Shown one piece after another: positions 49,013 to 58,346 of a DNA stretch of 64,000 nt; the stretch's first letter is position 1; each line of letters starts with the position of its first letter. The notes under the pieces were generated by a model. The model was not told where the DNA came from, did no database searches, and worked only from the letters and a program-made list of their open reading frames with translations. Origin of the DNA: a virus. The stretch is from the IMG/VR virus record IMGVR_UViG_3300023181_000271. One strand, written 5' to 3'. The translations under genes were made by a program, and so were the position numbers.

Positions 49013-50132
49013 TGTTGTAAATTTTACGCACTAAATCGCATGCATGTTCAAAGAATTTATCTATTTTAGGTAACCAAGTATCTCGTTTAAATACCGTAGT
49101 AGTTTCCTTGTTGACCATCAGCCATGCATAGGGAACATCTACTGACTCCTGAGCACCAGAATCTATCAGTTCTCCAAGTTCAATAGCAACACCATCAGAA
49201 TCATCCCACAGTATTGTAAACTGCTGCTCAAAATGAAGTCCCTCGCCATTGTATTCTGTTCCTTCATCGGGATTATAATAGTAGTTCACTATTGATTTTC
49301 GATCTGGATCAATACATAACTGGCAACCTTCGATCATCAAATCAATGATCAAGTGATCGGATTCCAAGCTTTTTATCTCTTCAATTAGTTCATCAGGTTC
49401 CCAGTCACATGATTGGTTGATACTATTTTCAAAGGCTGCAGCATCACCAGATTTGTAAACTTCTAAGCAATCTTCTATCCTTTTGATATTGTCAGTAAAC
49501 CACTCAGCATCTTCTGATCCTTCTGATTCGTCGGTAAGATTTAGAATTTGCTCTTCCAAAAAATCCTGCGCATACATAGCATCACCTTGATACCATAAAT
49601 CTACACCAGTTTTTTTAGAGAACATTTTCAGGAATGACATGAAGGTAATCAGCAGATCTTCGTTTGAATCTATATTTTTGATGATGGTCTTCACTTCAAA
49701 TATATGCCATTGCTCATCCCAATCACATGCTTTATAAATCACAAAGAAATAATCTCCTTTCTCAGTACGGTCAATTTGCCATTGGCAGTCCTGATCAACA
49801 AGAAGGGAAAACTCTTCTTTAATTCTATCGAACAGGCAGGAAGATCCTAAAGGCAACGTATGAATACTGTACTGGTAAGGCTTACTATTTACTATCTGAT
49901 AGTAATTACTTAGTGCATCGAATAACTGCTGATGAAGAGTTTGATCCTTTAAGATAATATCAACTGCAGGTTTGCTTTGAAATATTACGGAATTAAATTG
50001 ACCCAGAATGCTGGGAGCAGCTTTCTTTCTTGCTGCTCCTCGTTTGCATAAAGGTTTTTGTTTCTTATTTCCATTTCGAATGCCAGGCCTAACTTCTTGT
50101 AAAACTGTGGCTCCTGTAATTTGCGCTTGCAT
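49005..50132 (-). CDS. Acidic hypothetical protein (PRTRC protein F-like by size and position)
   Basis: 375 aa highly acidic, basic N-terminal tail. Confidence 0.35.
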   Translation of the reverse strand: MQAQITGATVLQEVRPGIRNGNKKQKPLCKRGAARKKAAPSILGQFNSVIFQSKPAVDIILKDQTLHQQLFDALSNYYQIVNSKPYQYSIHTLPLGSSCLFDRIKEEFSLLVDQDCQWQIDRTEKGDYFFVIYKACDWDEQWHIFEVKTIIKNIDSNEDLLITFMSFLKMFSKKTGVDLWYQGDAMYAQDFLEEQILNLTDESEGSEDAEWFTDNIKRIEDCLEVYKSGDAAAFENSINQSCDWEPDELIEEIKSLESDHLIIDLMIEGCQLCIDPDRKSIVNYYYNPDEGTEYNGEGLHFEQQFTILWDDSDGVAIELGELIDSGAQESVDVPYAWLMVNKETTTVFKRDTWLPKIDKFFEHACDLVRKIYNNE

Positions 50133-50138
50133 GGCCGT

Positions 50139-50360
50139 TTAACCTTTGGTTCCGACTGTTGTTTTGAACTCATAAACTGCTTCATCATCTTTCAGAAATG
50201 GACCACTGACCGTTGCTGTAGTCAGCTCCGGATAATTGTTTGAATAGAAAACCATCACTTCGTCTGGACTAAAAGCATTATTTGGATCTTCCAAAATCTG
50301 ATCTTTACCGTTTAATTTTGCTTTGAAGGTTCTTACTACACCTTGAATATTTAATGCCAT
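50139..50360 (-). CDS. Small ubiquitin-sized protein ending in Gly (PRTRC protein C-like / possible beta-grasp carrier)
   Basis: 73 aa; C-terminus ...TTVGTKG; located within E1-like cassette. Confidence 0.35.
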   Translation of the reverse strand: MALNIQGVVRTFKAKLNGKDQILEDPNNAFSPDEVMVFYSNNYPELTTATVSGPFLKDDEAVYEFKTTVGTKG

Positions 50361-50974
50361 TATGCTTCCTCCTCTTCGTTATAGTTATTTTCCTCAGTTA
50401 ATTCTCCTTCTGGTTGATCATCTTTAAAATCAGCCAGGTAATCAGTTGTATCCGCTTCCTCGGCCACTGCACTGAATATGCTTCCCTGAGATAATTTGGC
50501 GACCATTTCTTTGATCATCTTATCAACCGATTCTGGTTTATCAGAAAAGTCTTTAGCTTGCTTAAGTACTGCTACTGCTTCTTTAATCTTGTTATCCTTT
50601 TTAAAGGCATCAAATTTTGTCATCAATGCAGCGTATTTTTTAAGCTTAGCCTCTTTTTCCTTCTTATCCTGTTCAGCCTTCTTCTTTTCAACCTCATTCT
50701 CTTTTGCTAACTTAGAAGCGCCTGCTTCGAACGTAGCAATGTTTGACATGATACCAGTTGCTGTAGTTATTGGCTGATGGATAATTGAAAGAAATTCCTC
50801 ATCAAGTTCAGCAGGGGATCCAGTGATCAGAATAGGTTTGATATTGGCTATGGCGCCATCCTTGATTTCCGCTTTTGGCATGATCATCACTGTCAGCTGA
50901 TCACCTTTCTTTTTAATGTTTAATTGCAGTTCAGTGTCGTTAAGCATTTCGCTTATGGAATTGAAAAAATTCAT
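50360..50974 (-). CDS. Lys/Glu-rich low-complexity acidic protein (PRTRC protein E-like)
   Basis: 204 aa with KENEVEKKKAEQDKKEKEAKLKK tract and acidic C-terminus EENNYNEEEEA. Confidence 0.4.
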   Translation of the reverse strand: MNFFNSISEMLNDTELQLNIKKKGDQLTVMIMPKAEIKDGAIANIKPILITGSPAELDEEFLSIIHQPITTATGIMSNIATFEAGASKLAKENEVEKKKAEQDKKEKEAKLKKYAALMTKFDAFKKDNKIKEAVAVLKQAKDFSDKPESVDKMIKEMVAKLSQGSIFSAVAEEADTTDYLADFKDDQPEGELTEENNYNEEEEA

Positions 50975-50989
50975 AATCTTGGTTTGGTT

Positions 50990-52681
50990 TTATTTTGAAA
51001 AAAGGTTCATCACACTATCGACGAAGGTTTCTTCGGTTAAATCTTCACTGCCATTTACCGTATTGGCAATTTCACGTTTGTCGTTGATGAGCTGGTAGTT
51101 CCATTCATCAATGGTGTTTTTACCAAGGAAGTAAGTACACATGACATTGGAATGCTGACCGCCCCGATACAACCTATCCTCTGCCTGATCCATGATTGCT
51201 GCGTGCCAACCAAATTCAATAAAGCAAATCTGTGTAGCGACATTCTGCAGCCCATCTACACCGGTACCACCGGCTTTCAGGTTAAGGACAATTACATCGA
51301 TCTTCGGATCCTTTTGGAAGCGTTCAACTGCTGCCTGTTTAGCATTGCCATCATCAGCTCCAGTAACGCGTACCGACCTGGGAAACTCCTGCTGAACTTT
51401 AGCTACAACTTCTTTTAAGCTTGCGAACACTACAACCTTTTGCCCTTGCTCAATCAGATCCTGAATAAATGAAAAGGCATCTTTAAGCTTTCCCCGGGCA
51501 CTGATGTTCTTCAGAATACCAATCCTCACCATCACCTCACCTTTCATTGATTTTTTAACGGACTCTTCAGACTGCTTTTTGATGTTGATCATGTAACTTT
51601 CCAAGTCAGCCTGAGCATGCTGGTATTCTCTTCTATGCGTAGCATCCAGTTCGCAGCTTATTACTTGTCTGGATTTATCCGGTAGAAACTTTTTAATTTC
51701 AGGATCTGTTTTATTCCGACGAAGGAAGCAAATCAGGTTCAGCCTGTAGTTCAACTCTTTTAAATTGCTGGCCTCTTTAGGACCAGAGCAATAGCGTTTA
51801 ACAAAAGCAGCGTATCCCCCAAAATCCTTTAACCTGTCCATGATACCAAGCTGGGAAACTAAATCGATCGGCTTATTCACGACAACTGTACCGGTAAGTA
51901 GCAGTATAGTTTCTTTCCCGATACAAAGGCCTTTGGTTAATTTGGTAGAGATTGCCTTGATATTTTTTACCTTATGGCTTTCATCTACGATCACCGCCTT
52001 AAAGAAATCAAGGTATTTCTGTTTAAAATGGATATGCTCCAGGCGCAACTGTTTACCTTTTGGTACCTCATCAATATGATCAACGAAATACGTTTTCAGC
52101 GATTCATAGTTGACAATAAAGAATTGCGACATACCAACCCGGAAGAACTCCATGAACGTTCCCTTGATGCTTTTCTGAAATACAATCCCTTTACGATGGA
52201 TATTAGCGTTGATCTCTTTAACCCAGTTTAGTTTTACTGCATCCGGACAGATGATTAAGCAAGGATAGGAAGCCTCACCCATCTGGCTTAGACCTTCGAT
52301 TGCAATAATCGCTTCAGTTGTTTTACCTAAGCCCATATCATCACCGATGATCACTCTACGGTGTTTCAGGATATAAGCAACGGCACCTGGCTGCCATGGT
52401 CTCATTTCCCTTTTTGTTGGGATGCTGATTTCAAGTTCAGGCAAAGCTGGTATTACAAATACCTGTTCAGGTTCAACAGCTGCACTATTGTGAAAATCAA
52501 GATCGTATTTATCAGCGAATGATTTTACTGCGATGTGATGGGTTACCGGCACGGTCCAGAACTTATCAGTACGATCAAATTTTCTTTCTGGAAGAAGTTT
52601 AACGGCTTCTGCTATTTTAGGTCTGAAAGCAAATTCAATCTTGTAAACCTTTCCTACTTGCATTATGGTTCCTACGCTCAT
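50990..52681 (-). CDS. SNF2/RAD54-family helicase
   Basis: Motif I DDMGLGKT, motif II DESHKVKN, C-terminal helicase domain; 563 aa. Confidence 0.85.
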   Translation of the reverse strand: MSVGTIMQVGKVYKIEFAFRPKIAEAVKLLPERKFDRTDKFWTVPVTHHIAVKSFADKYDLDFHNSAAVEPEQVFVIPALPELEISIPTKREMRPWQPGAVAYILKHRRVIIGDDMGLGKTTEAIIAIEGLSQMGEASYPCLIICPDAVKLNWVKEINANIHRKGIVFQKSIKGTFMEFFRVGMSQFFIVNYESLKTYFVDHIDEVPKGKQLRLEHIHFKQKYLDFFKAVIVDESHKVKNIKAISTKLTKGLCIGKETILLLTGTVVVNKPIDLVSQLGIMDRLKDFGGYAAFVKRYCSGPKEASNLKELNYRLNLICFLRRNKTDPEIKKFLPDKSRQVISCELDATHRREYQHAQADLESYMINIKKQSEESVKKSMKGEVMVRIGILKNISARGKLKDAFSFIQDLIEQGQKVVVFASLKEVVAKVQQEFPRSVRVTGADDGNAKQAAVERFQKDPKIDVIVLNLKAGGTGVDGLQNVATQICFIEFGWHAAIMDQAEDRLYRGGQHSNVMCTYFLGKNTIDEWNYQLINDKREIANTVNGSEDLTEETFVDSVMNLFSK

Positions 52682-52914
52682 TGTTTGTATACTCCTTTCC
52701 TGTGCAACTGCGCATGCAGTCTGGTGACGTGACCTTTCAGCCCTCTGATTTGGTTATCTTTATATTTGATTTCTTCATCCTTGCGTTTGGATGAATCTTT
52801 CCAGTATCGAACATCAGCCTGTAAAGCTTTTCGTTCTTTCCCTGTTAGTTCTGGTTCAGGATCTGGTGGCACGACAATTAGATGTGATGGCCATGGGCGT
52901 TTATGATCCTCCAT
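52678..52914 (-). CDS. Hypothetical protein
   Basis: 78-aa basic ORF. Confidence 0.3.
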   Translation of the reverse strand: MEDHKRPWPSHLIVVPPDPEPELTGKERKALQADVRYWKDSSKRKDEEIKYKDNQIRGLKGHVTRLHAQLHRKGVYKQ

Positions 52915-53338
52915 TTTCCACCTCCTTCAGTAATTCAGGGTTTTCGTAGATGTTGCCCATCCTTTCAAAACTTTTAGAATAATGTTCAAAATTCCAATCA
53001 GGAGTATCAGATGGATGACCGCCCCCAACATGCTTTAATTCCCATCCGAAACCATTGTGTTCAATAACATAGATGGGAAACCAATAACTCTCTTTTGTAC
53101 TTATAGAGTTATTGTGATACATAATAATATCGCCCTCTGCTAGCTCATTACCTTCAATATCATCAAGCCCTACATATTGAAGGACTAATAAATCTTCCAT
53201 GTCATCACCATGCCAGCAGTTAGTTCCAGGATCCACACCATCTAATGTATTTTCTGTTACGAAATCAGTACCTAATCCATATACATCAATCATACGTTTC
53301 TGTACGGAATGCCATGCTCTAAATTTAAATCTATGCAT
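52901..53338 (-). CDS. YopX-family protein
   Basis: N-terminal FKFRAW and C-terminal GNIYENPELL hallmarks of YopX. Confidence 0.75.
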   Translation of the reverse strand: MHRFKFRAWHSVQKRMIDVYGLGTDFVTENTLDGVDPGTNCWHGDDMEDLLVLQYVGLDDIEGNELAEGDIIMYHNNSISTKESYWFPIYVIEHNGFGWELKHVGGGHPSDTPDWNFEHYSKSFERMGNIYENPELLKEVENGGS

Positions 53339-53549
53339 TCGTCACCCCCTTATCTTCATGACCCGGGCAACCAGTGATAGGATCGAATCCCTCGCAACCT
53401 TCACTGCCAATTAATAATTCACCTTGTTCTTGTCGACCTTCAAGCTCGTGTCTAATGTCAGGAGCAAATCCACCGAATAAGTCTTGCAGCTGAGAATCAG
53501 ACATTGAAAGCGCACGGTCAATGCGCATGTGAATACAATGTCTACTCAT
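53331..53549 (-). CDS. Hypothetical protein
   Basis: 72-aa ORF. Confidence 0.3.
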   Translation of the reverse strand: MSRHCIHMRIDRALSMSDSQLQDLFGGFAPDIRHELEGRQEQGELLIGSEGCEGFDPITGCPGHEDKGVTNA

Positions 53550-53902
53550 GGTTGGTACTCCTTTCTGATTTGCTCATGATCATCGTCGGTTAAGAAATCA
53601 ATAATCACTGGTGTGCTGTAGTAACATTTTTTAGTTTCTGGCAGATTCTTTAAAAAGCGAAGAGCAGTGGCTGCAGTATGGATCGCTTCGGTTCTTATTT
53701 CATCAAAGGTGCCGGTACCTTCATCCAGCAGGTTACCCGCCCTAACCAGTTCACCTGATTCTTCTGCGACAAAAGCAATTTGCTTAACATGGCAGTCTGG
53801 CCATACTGGATGCTTCTTTTCAGCGCGTTCCACTTCCATCATGATTTCCATGATCAGTGTCGCTGTCTCTATATTTTCTGTAGTTATTGAAAGTGTAGTC
53901 AT
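53546..53902 (-). CDS. MazG-like nucleotide pyrophosphohydrolase candidate
   Basis: EKKHPVWPD ... VAEESGELVRA ... EAIHTAATALRF resembles MazG/dNTP-PPase EExGE motif. Confidence 0.45.
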   Translation of the reverse strand: MTTLSITTENIETATLIMEIMMEVERAEKKHPVWPDCHVKQIAFVAEESGELVRAGNLLDEGTGTFDEIRTEAIHTAATALRFLKNLPETKKCYYSTPVIIDFLTDDDHEQIRKEYQP

Positions 53903-53965
53903 TGGTTAAAAGTTAAAACATGTTCTGTTTGTTCTAAAACAGAACATGTTAGTTAAAAAAAAGAG

Positions 53966-54622
53966 TTATTCTAAGTCTGATGCAGCATCATCAAAGTCCA
54001 TGGCGTACTGCGAGTCTGGTGCATATTTACCATTGTAATAAGCAAGTACTTCCTGAGCACAGTGTTTAACGACACGATACAACTCATCACCGAATTCGTA
54101 GGCATCCTGATCACCGAAAAACTCCGCTGGCTGTGATAATGGCAACATTCCTTTACCACGTGTGTATCTGTGACCTGTTAGTGTTACTCCGGTTTCAGCA
54201 TCATTGATAGCAAAGCCGGTTACCTTAAATCGGTTTAATGGATTGTCACGATCTTCTCCTTCATAGTTTTCAAAGGCAGATGGCTCAATAAAGTTCCCAT
54301 GCATATCATAGGCTTCTTTTTGCATGCAGGCAATTATCAAGTGGCATCTTAATAAATCAAAGGCGTAATAAAGATCAGGGTGAGGTAAGAACGGGATAGG
54401 CTCCTTACCAGTGTTTTCAAACTCCCTTAATTCAACCACACCATTTGCATTGGCAAAATCCCTGGTCACAACTTTAATGTACTCAACGTTAACCCCGCCT
54501 TTACCTAAACTGGCTTTAGTGATCTTAATCTTTGTGCCGGCCTTTAGTTCATGCGACTCTTCAGCTGCAGCTTTCTTTTCTTCCAGTTCGTCCTGGGTAA
54601 TTGATTTTGTTGATACTCTCAT
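53966..54622 (-). CDS. Hypothetical protein
   Basis: 218-aa ORF. Confidence 0.35.
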   Translation of the reverse strand: MRVSTKSITQDELEEKKAAAEESHELKAGTKIKITKASLGKGGVNVEYIKVVTRDFANANGVVELREFENTGKEPIPFLPHPDLYYAFDLLRCHLIIACMQKEAYDMHGNFIEPSAFENYEGEDRDNPLNRFKVTGFAINDAETGVTLTGHRYTRGKGMLPLSQPAEFFGDQDAYEFGDELYRVVKHCAQEVLAYYNGKYAPDSQYAMDFDDAASDLE

Positions 54623-54634
54623 ATATTGATTTAA

Positions 54635-55156
54635 TTAATTGTCGAAAAAAAACACGATTCTGATATCCATATCACCCACATTACATTGCAGTAGCTTCAT
54701 GTTCTCTACCAGACTGATCAGGTTTCCGTTATTATCAAACCACTCTCTGTAAACGTAATCTGGTGCATTAGTTGATTGGGACCATGAGGTAGGTAATTCA
54801 CCGGCATCAAGCTTCTCTGCCTGATCTTTTGATATCATGCCGCTGTACTTCACTTTGGCATCCGGCAAGTAATCCAGTATTTCCTGTAAGGTTAAATAGC
54901 TGTGACTATGGCCATAGGAACCTTTATCCTCAACTGCATCAAGATATTGTTTACTTGCATCAGCAGGGATTCCTTTTGCTTGATTTATTGGAATGTTATT
55001 ATCGTAATTTCTAACGTCAGCCAGTATTGCAAATAGTGTGTAGCACCGATCAACTCCTAAATCACTATTCAAATTCACCCATGAACCGTTTATTTTCCGT
55101 TCTGTGAACAGATGTATATCGCAGCCCATATTAAAATTCTGGTTCTTTAGGTTCAA
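54635..55156 (-). CDS. Hypothetical protein
   Basis: 173-aa ORF. Confidence 0.35.
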   Translation of the reverse strand: MNLKNQNFNMGCDIHLFTERKINGSWVNLNSDLGVDRCYTLFAILADVRNYDNNIPINQAKGIPADASKQYLDAVEDKGSYGHSHSYLTLQEILDYLPDAKVKYSGMISKDQAEKLDAGELPTSWSQSTNAPDYVYREWFDNNGNLISLVENMKLLQCNVGDMDIRIVFFFDN

Positions 55157-55541
55157 TATATTCTACAGTGGCACCCTCCGACATTTGAAAGATTACACCC
55201 GCTTCTGATTTTGCAGGAAAGTCTTTAATGTCGCCGGTGATGACCAGTTCAGGTATCCAGTTGACTAAAGTCTTTTCTTGCTTCTCACTTGGAAAGTGCT
55301 TAACGACTTTTGAGCTGATGAACTTTCCAATACTTTCAGCGATCGGAACAAACGATAATGTATCGTAGTCCACTTCTGAATACATGTAGCCAGAACCATT
55401 TTTAAACTGGACATAGATCTTATGCTCCAGCATACTTGTGCCGACAAAGGCAACATTACTGGAAGGTTTTTCGATGATCTCAAATCCATCGAGGATAGGA
55501 TCAACAGCGTACGTGCCGCTGGAAAGAGTGATTGTTTTCAT
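55131..55541 (-). CDS. Hypothetical protein
   Basis: 136-aa ORF. Confidence 0.35.
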   Translation of the reverse strand: MKTITLSSGTYAVDPILDGFEIIEKPSSNVAFVGTSMLEHKIYVQFKNGSGYMYSEVDYDTLSFVPIAESIGKFISSKVVKHFPSEKQEKTLVNWIPELVITGDIKDFPAKSEAGVIFQMSEGATVEYIEPKEPEF

Positions 55542-55753
55542 TTGGTTTTAATTAAGAATCGATTAGCTTTTTCAGTTAAGGATATTTCGCCTTTTTCATT
55601 GGTTGTATAATAACCCAGATCCTCTAATGAGCATAGTTCATCAGCGAGTTTACGGTATGAACCGTTGAAGTATTTTAATAAAGGTTTGACAGGCGAACTA
55701 TCTCGAATGCATTTCAACATGTTTATTTTACTCTTCACATGACGTTTTTTCAT
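55538..55753 (-). CDS. Hypothetical protein
   Basis: 71-aa ORF. Confidence 0.3.
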   Translation of the reverse strand: MKKRHVKSKINMLKCIRDSSPVKPLLKYFNGSYRKLADELCSLEDLGYYTTNEKGEISLTEKANRFLIKTK

Positions 55754-55754
55754 C

Positions 55755-55943
55755 TTAAAATAATTTTGTTTGGTTAATAATTCTGTCTGGACCGAGGATT
55801 GATTCAGTAGCCTCGTCTACCATCTTTTCCAGCTTAACTGAAACTGTTAAGGCCACTTGTGCCTTGGTTCGGAAGTACTCATTTTGAGTAATCCTCATGC
55901 GCTCAATAAGCGCAGCGTATTCTTTAATATCCATATTCAACAA
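55755..55943 (-). CDS. Hypothetical protein
   Basis: 62-aa ORF. Confidence 0.25.
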   Translation of the reverse strand: MLNMDIKEYAALIERMRITQNEYFRTKAQVALTVSVKLEKMVDEATESILGPDRIINQTKLF

Positions 55944-56184
55944 ATCTCAGGATCGCCATTTTATACCCAACAGAGAACATTAAATCACCGTTCATTTTTA
56001 AGCAATCTTCACGGTACATTTTATCAATGTCTTCATCGGATATTACTGATTGCTTATGAGAATTGTGCCCAGCCATAAAAGCGAACTTTATGATAAATAG
56101 TTCGTGATCAGAAAATTGCCCTAACGCCTGTTTTTGCTTCATTACGCAATAATCTTCGGCTAATTCTTCTATTGATTTTTCCAT
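55924..56184 (-). CDS. Hypothetical protein
   Basis: 86-aa ORF. Confidence 0.3.
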   Translation of the reverse strand: MEKSIEELAEDYCVMKQKQALGQFSDHELFIIKFAFMAGHNSHKQSVISDEDIDKMYREDCLKMNGDLMFSVGYKMAILRFVEYGY

Positions 56185-56876
56185 TATGCTGAAATTTTAA
56201 GTCCATCAAAAAGCATCCAGTACTTGAATGCTAAATCTTCATATTGAGCCTTACCATGCTCATACAGTTTCCTGCTCATGTCGGTCAGCGGTGCATTCCG
56301 ATCAATTGCGATCTTGAATATCTTCTGGTTCTTTTTGCTGATTCCGATCAGCATGTCTTTGTTTGTTCCTTCAATATCCATGTACCATGCCCGGGAGCGG
56401 AAGTATCCGAAATGCTCACAAGCTGCCTCAAACTGGCTTTGTGTTTCGGCTGCGGTTGACTTGATATCACCACCCATCTTCCAGGCTCTTACCAGTAAAT
56501 CCCATTTGCAACGGGTACCAGCTGATAACGTGAAATCAAAACCGTTGTAGTTCATCAGCCAGTTATACCTGGTAGATATCGCTTGGAAGTCTGCAGCATC
56601 ACTGATCATCTTTGCAAAAGGATCTTTGTAGTAAGCGCGCTTCATTGCTTTAGCCAGTTCAAAGTCTTCTGCAGTGTACCGGTACGATTGATATTTAACA
56701 GTGAGATTAAACAGATCAACTTTATCAGGCTCGGTGATCAGGTTATCCAGCAGCGTTCCAAATGCATAAGCGTATTCCTTATCGCCAAATTGAGGCTTAG
56801 GATGCAGCAATTCTTGCAGGGCAGAAAGGTCGGAGTTAGATACCTCCGGCCTTCCAAAGTATGGATCATGTGCCAT
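56184..56876 (-). CDS. Hypothetical protein, candidate nuclease partner of RecT
   Basis: 230 aa; position downstream of RecT module. Confidence 0.3.
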   Translation of the reverse strand: MAHDPYFGRPEVSNSDLSALQELLHPKPQFGDKEYAYAFGTLLDNLITEPDKVDLFNLTVKYQSYRYTAEDFELAKAMKRAYYKDPFAKMISDAADFQAISTRYNWLMNYNGFDFTLSAGTRCKWDLLVRAWKMGGDIKSTAAETQSQFEAACEHFGYFRSRAWYMDIEGTNKDMLIGISKKNQKIFKIAIDRNAPLTDMSRKLYEHGKAQYEDLAFKYWMLFDGLKISA

Positions 56877-57033
56877 TACAGAGGTTTGTTTTCAGATATG
56901 AAATCAACAACTTGTTGTATAGAGCAACAGTAATCTTTACCCAAAGTGTCAATCATCTTTTTAAGATAATTAAGTGTGATATTTTGGGGCAGATTAACCT
57001 GTACTGATTTGTACCTTATCTTCTTTGCCATGA

Positions 57034-58257
57034 CTATGCTACTTTAGAGGTTACCGCCTTAACTTCTTCAACATACTCGATGAAAGGATTGTCGATCTTC
57101 TCACCGGATTTATTATTTTGCTTTTCAGCAAAGGCTCTCATCTGGATCAAAGTTTTTTTACCAAAGTCTTCTACTGACAGGCCCTTACCTTCCTTTTCAA
57201 AGTAAAAGATGAATATAGCCCCCCATCCATCGGTGGTCAGGACATTGATCTTTTCTGCAACTTTGGTTTTACCTGCAGTCTCTTTAACCTCAGCAATTGC
57301 AGCAGTGGTATCAAATAAGGTACTGGCAGTTTCAAGAGCAACAGTATTTTGCACAGTAGCTTTATCCTTTGCCTCCTGTTCATCTTTCTCACGTTTCAAT
57401 CGAAGTTCATCAGCGATCTTGCGATCTTCCGCAACCTTTTCAAGACGTGCCTTTTCTTTTGCACCAGCTTTAGCAATCTCTTGCAGTTCCAGAATACGAG
57501 AAGGAATCAACTCTAAAGTATTTGATTTCTCAACCTCCATATTCTCTCTGAACATGGCAGCTAACTCATCATATAATGCTTCACGCTCATCAGTGATAAT
57601 TTTATCTACCTCAACCTGATCGATGTATGTAGCGAAAACAGTAGGTTCTAATTTTCTGAATGCATCAATAGGATAAACAATAGGACGATCTTTAATATAC
57701 TGCTCAATTTCTGCCCTGTTTTCCAACGTTAATGCATTGTACTTTTTGCTTACTGATCCTTTGAAGTCAGCCAGTTTGGTATTGAAAATCTCACGGATAC
57801 TACTTTGAATATCAGCTTTGATAGAGATTTTTTCTTTAGCAATATTTTGCTGCTTAAGAATTTCCTGTTCTTTTTTTCTTTGCTCATTAGCTTTGAATGT
57901 AGCCCATTTATCACGAGCAATTTGAACTTTTGCAGATACCGTATCTGCCTTTTTAGGATCCAGTTTGTTTTCCTGAGAAGTAAATAATCCCGCAAGCCTT
58001 GTCATCATCTGTGTAATCGGTGCTCTACGTTCATTTAATATTTTCACAGCACCTTTAGCTTTTAATTGCCAAGCGTTCAGATCTGAATCTATTGCATCGC
58101 TCATTCCTTCAGCCTCGATAGTGTCCAGAAGAGCCTGAGCACCTTTAACAGCTTTATCAGCTAAGGTTTCATTTGCAACCAGGATTAAACCTGCGTTTTC
58201 CATTGTGGTAGATATTTCCTCTACATTTATATTTGATATCGCTGTAGTAGTTGACAT
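57034..58257 (-). CDS. Coiled-coil protein of recombination module
   Basis: 407 aa, extended heptad/KE-rich regions, immediately downstream of RecT. Confidence 0.35.
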   Translation of the reverse strand: MSTTTAISNINVEEISTTMENAGLILVANETLADKAVKGAQALLDTIEAEGMSDAIDSDLNAWQLKAKGAVKILNERRAPITQMMTRLAGLFTSQENKLDPKKADTVSAKVQIARDKWATFKANEQRKKEQEILKQQNIAKEKISIKADIQSSIREIFNTKLADFKGSVSKKYNALTLENRAEIEQYIKDRPIVYPIDAFRKLEPTVFATYIDQVEVDKIITDEREALYDELAAMFRENMEVEKSNTLELIPSRILELQEIAKAGAKEKARLEKVAEDRKIADELRLKREKDEQEAKDKATVQNTVALETASTLFDTTAAIAEVKETAGKTKVAEKINVLTTDGWGAIFIFYFEKEGKGLSVEDFGKKTLIQMRAFAEKQNNKSGEKIDNPFIEYVEEVKAVTSKVA

Positions 58258-58346
58258 TGGTTCTTATTTTAAGATGGTTAAAGGCGGTGACTGCAACTGA
58301 CAAGGTTGTTTTTCTATGGTCACCGCCCGGTTATGAATTGGGTTAA

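Noticed and set aside
50139-50360. Calling the 73-aa protein a bona fide ThiS/MoaD sulfur carrier
   Set aside because: C-terminus is KG rather than the canonical GG; fold cannot be judged from sequence alone, so only flagged as a candidate
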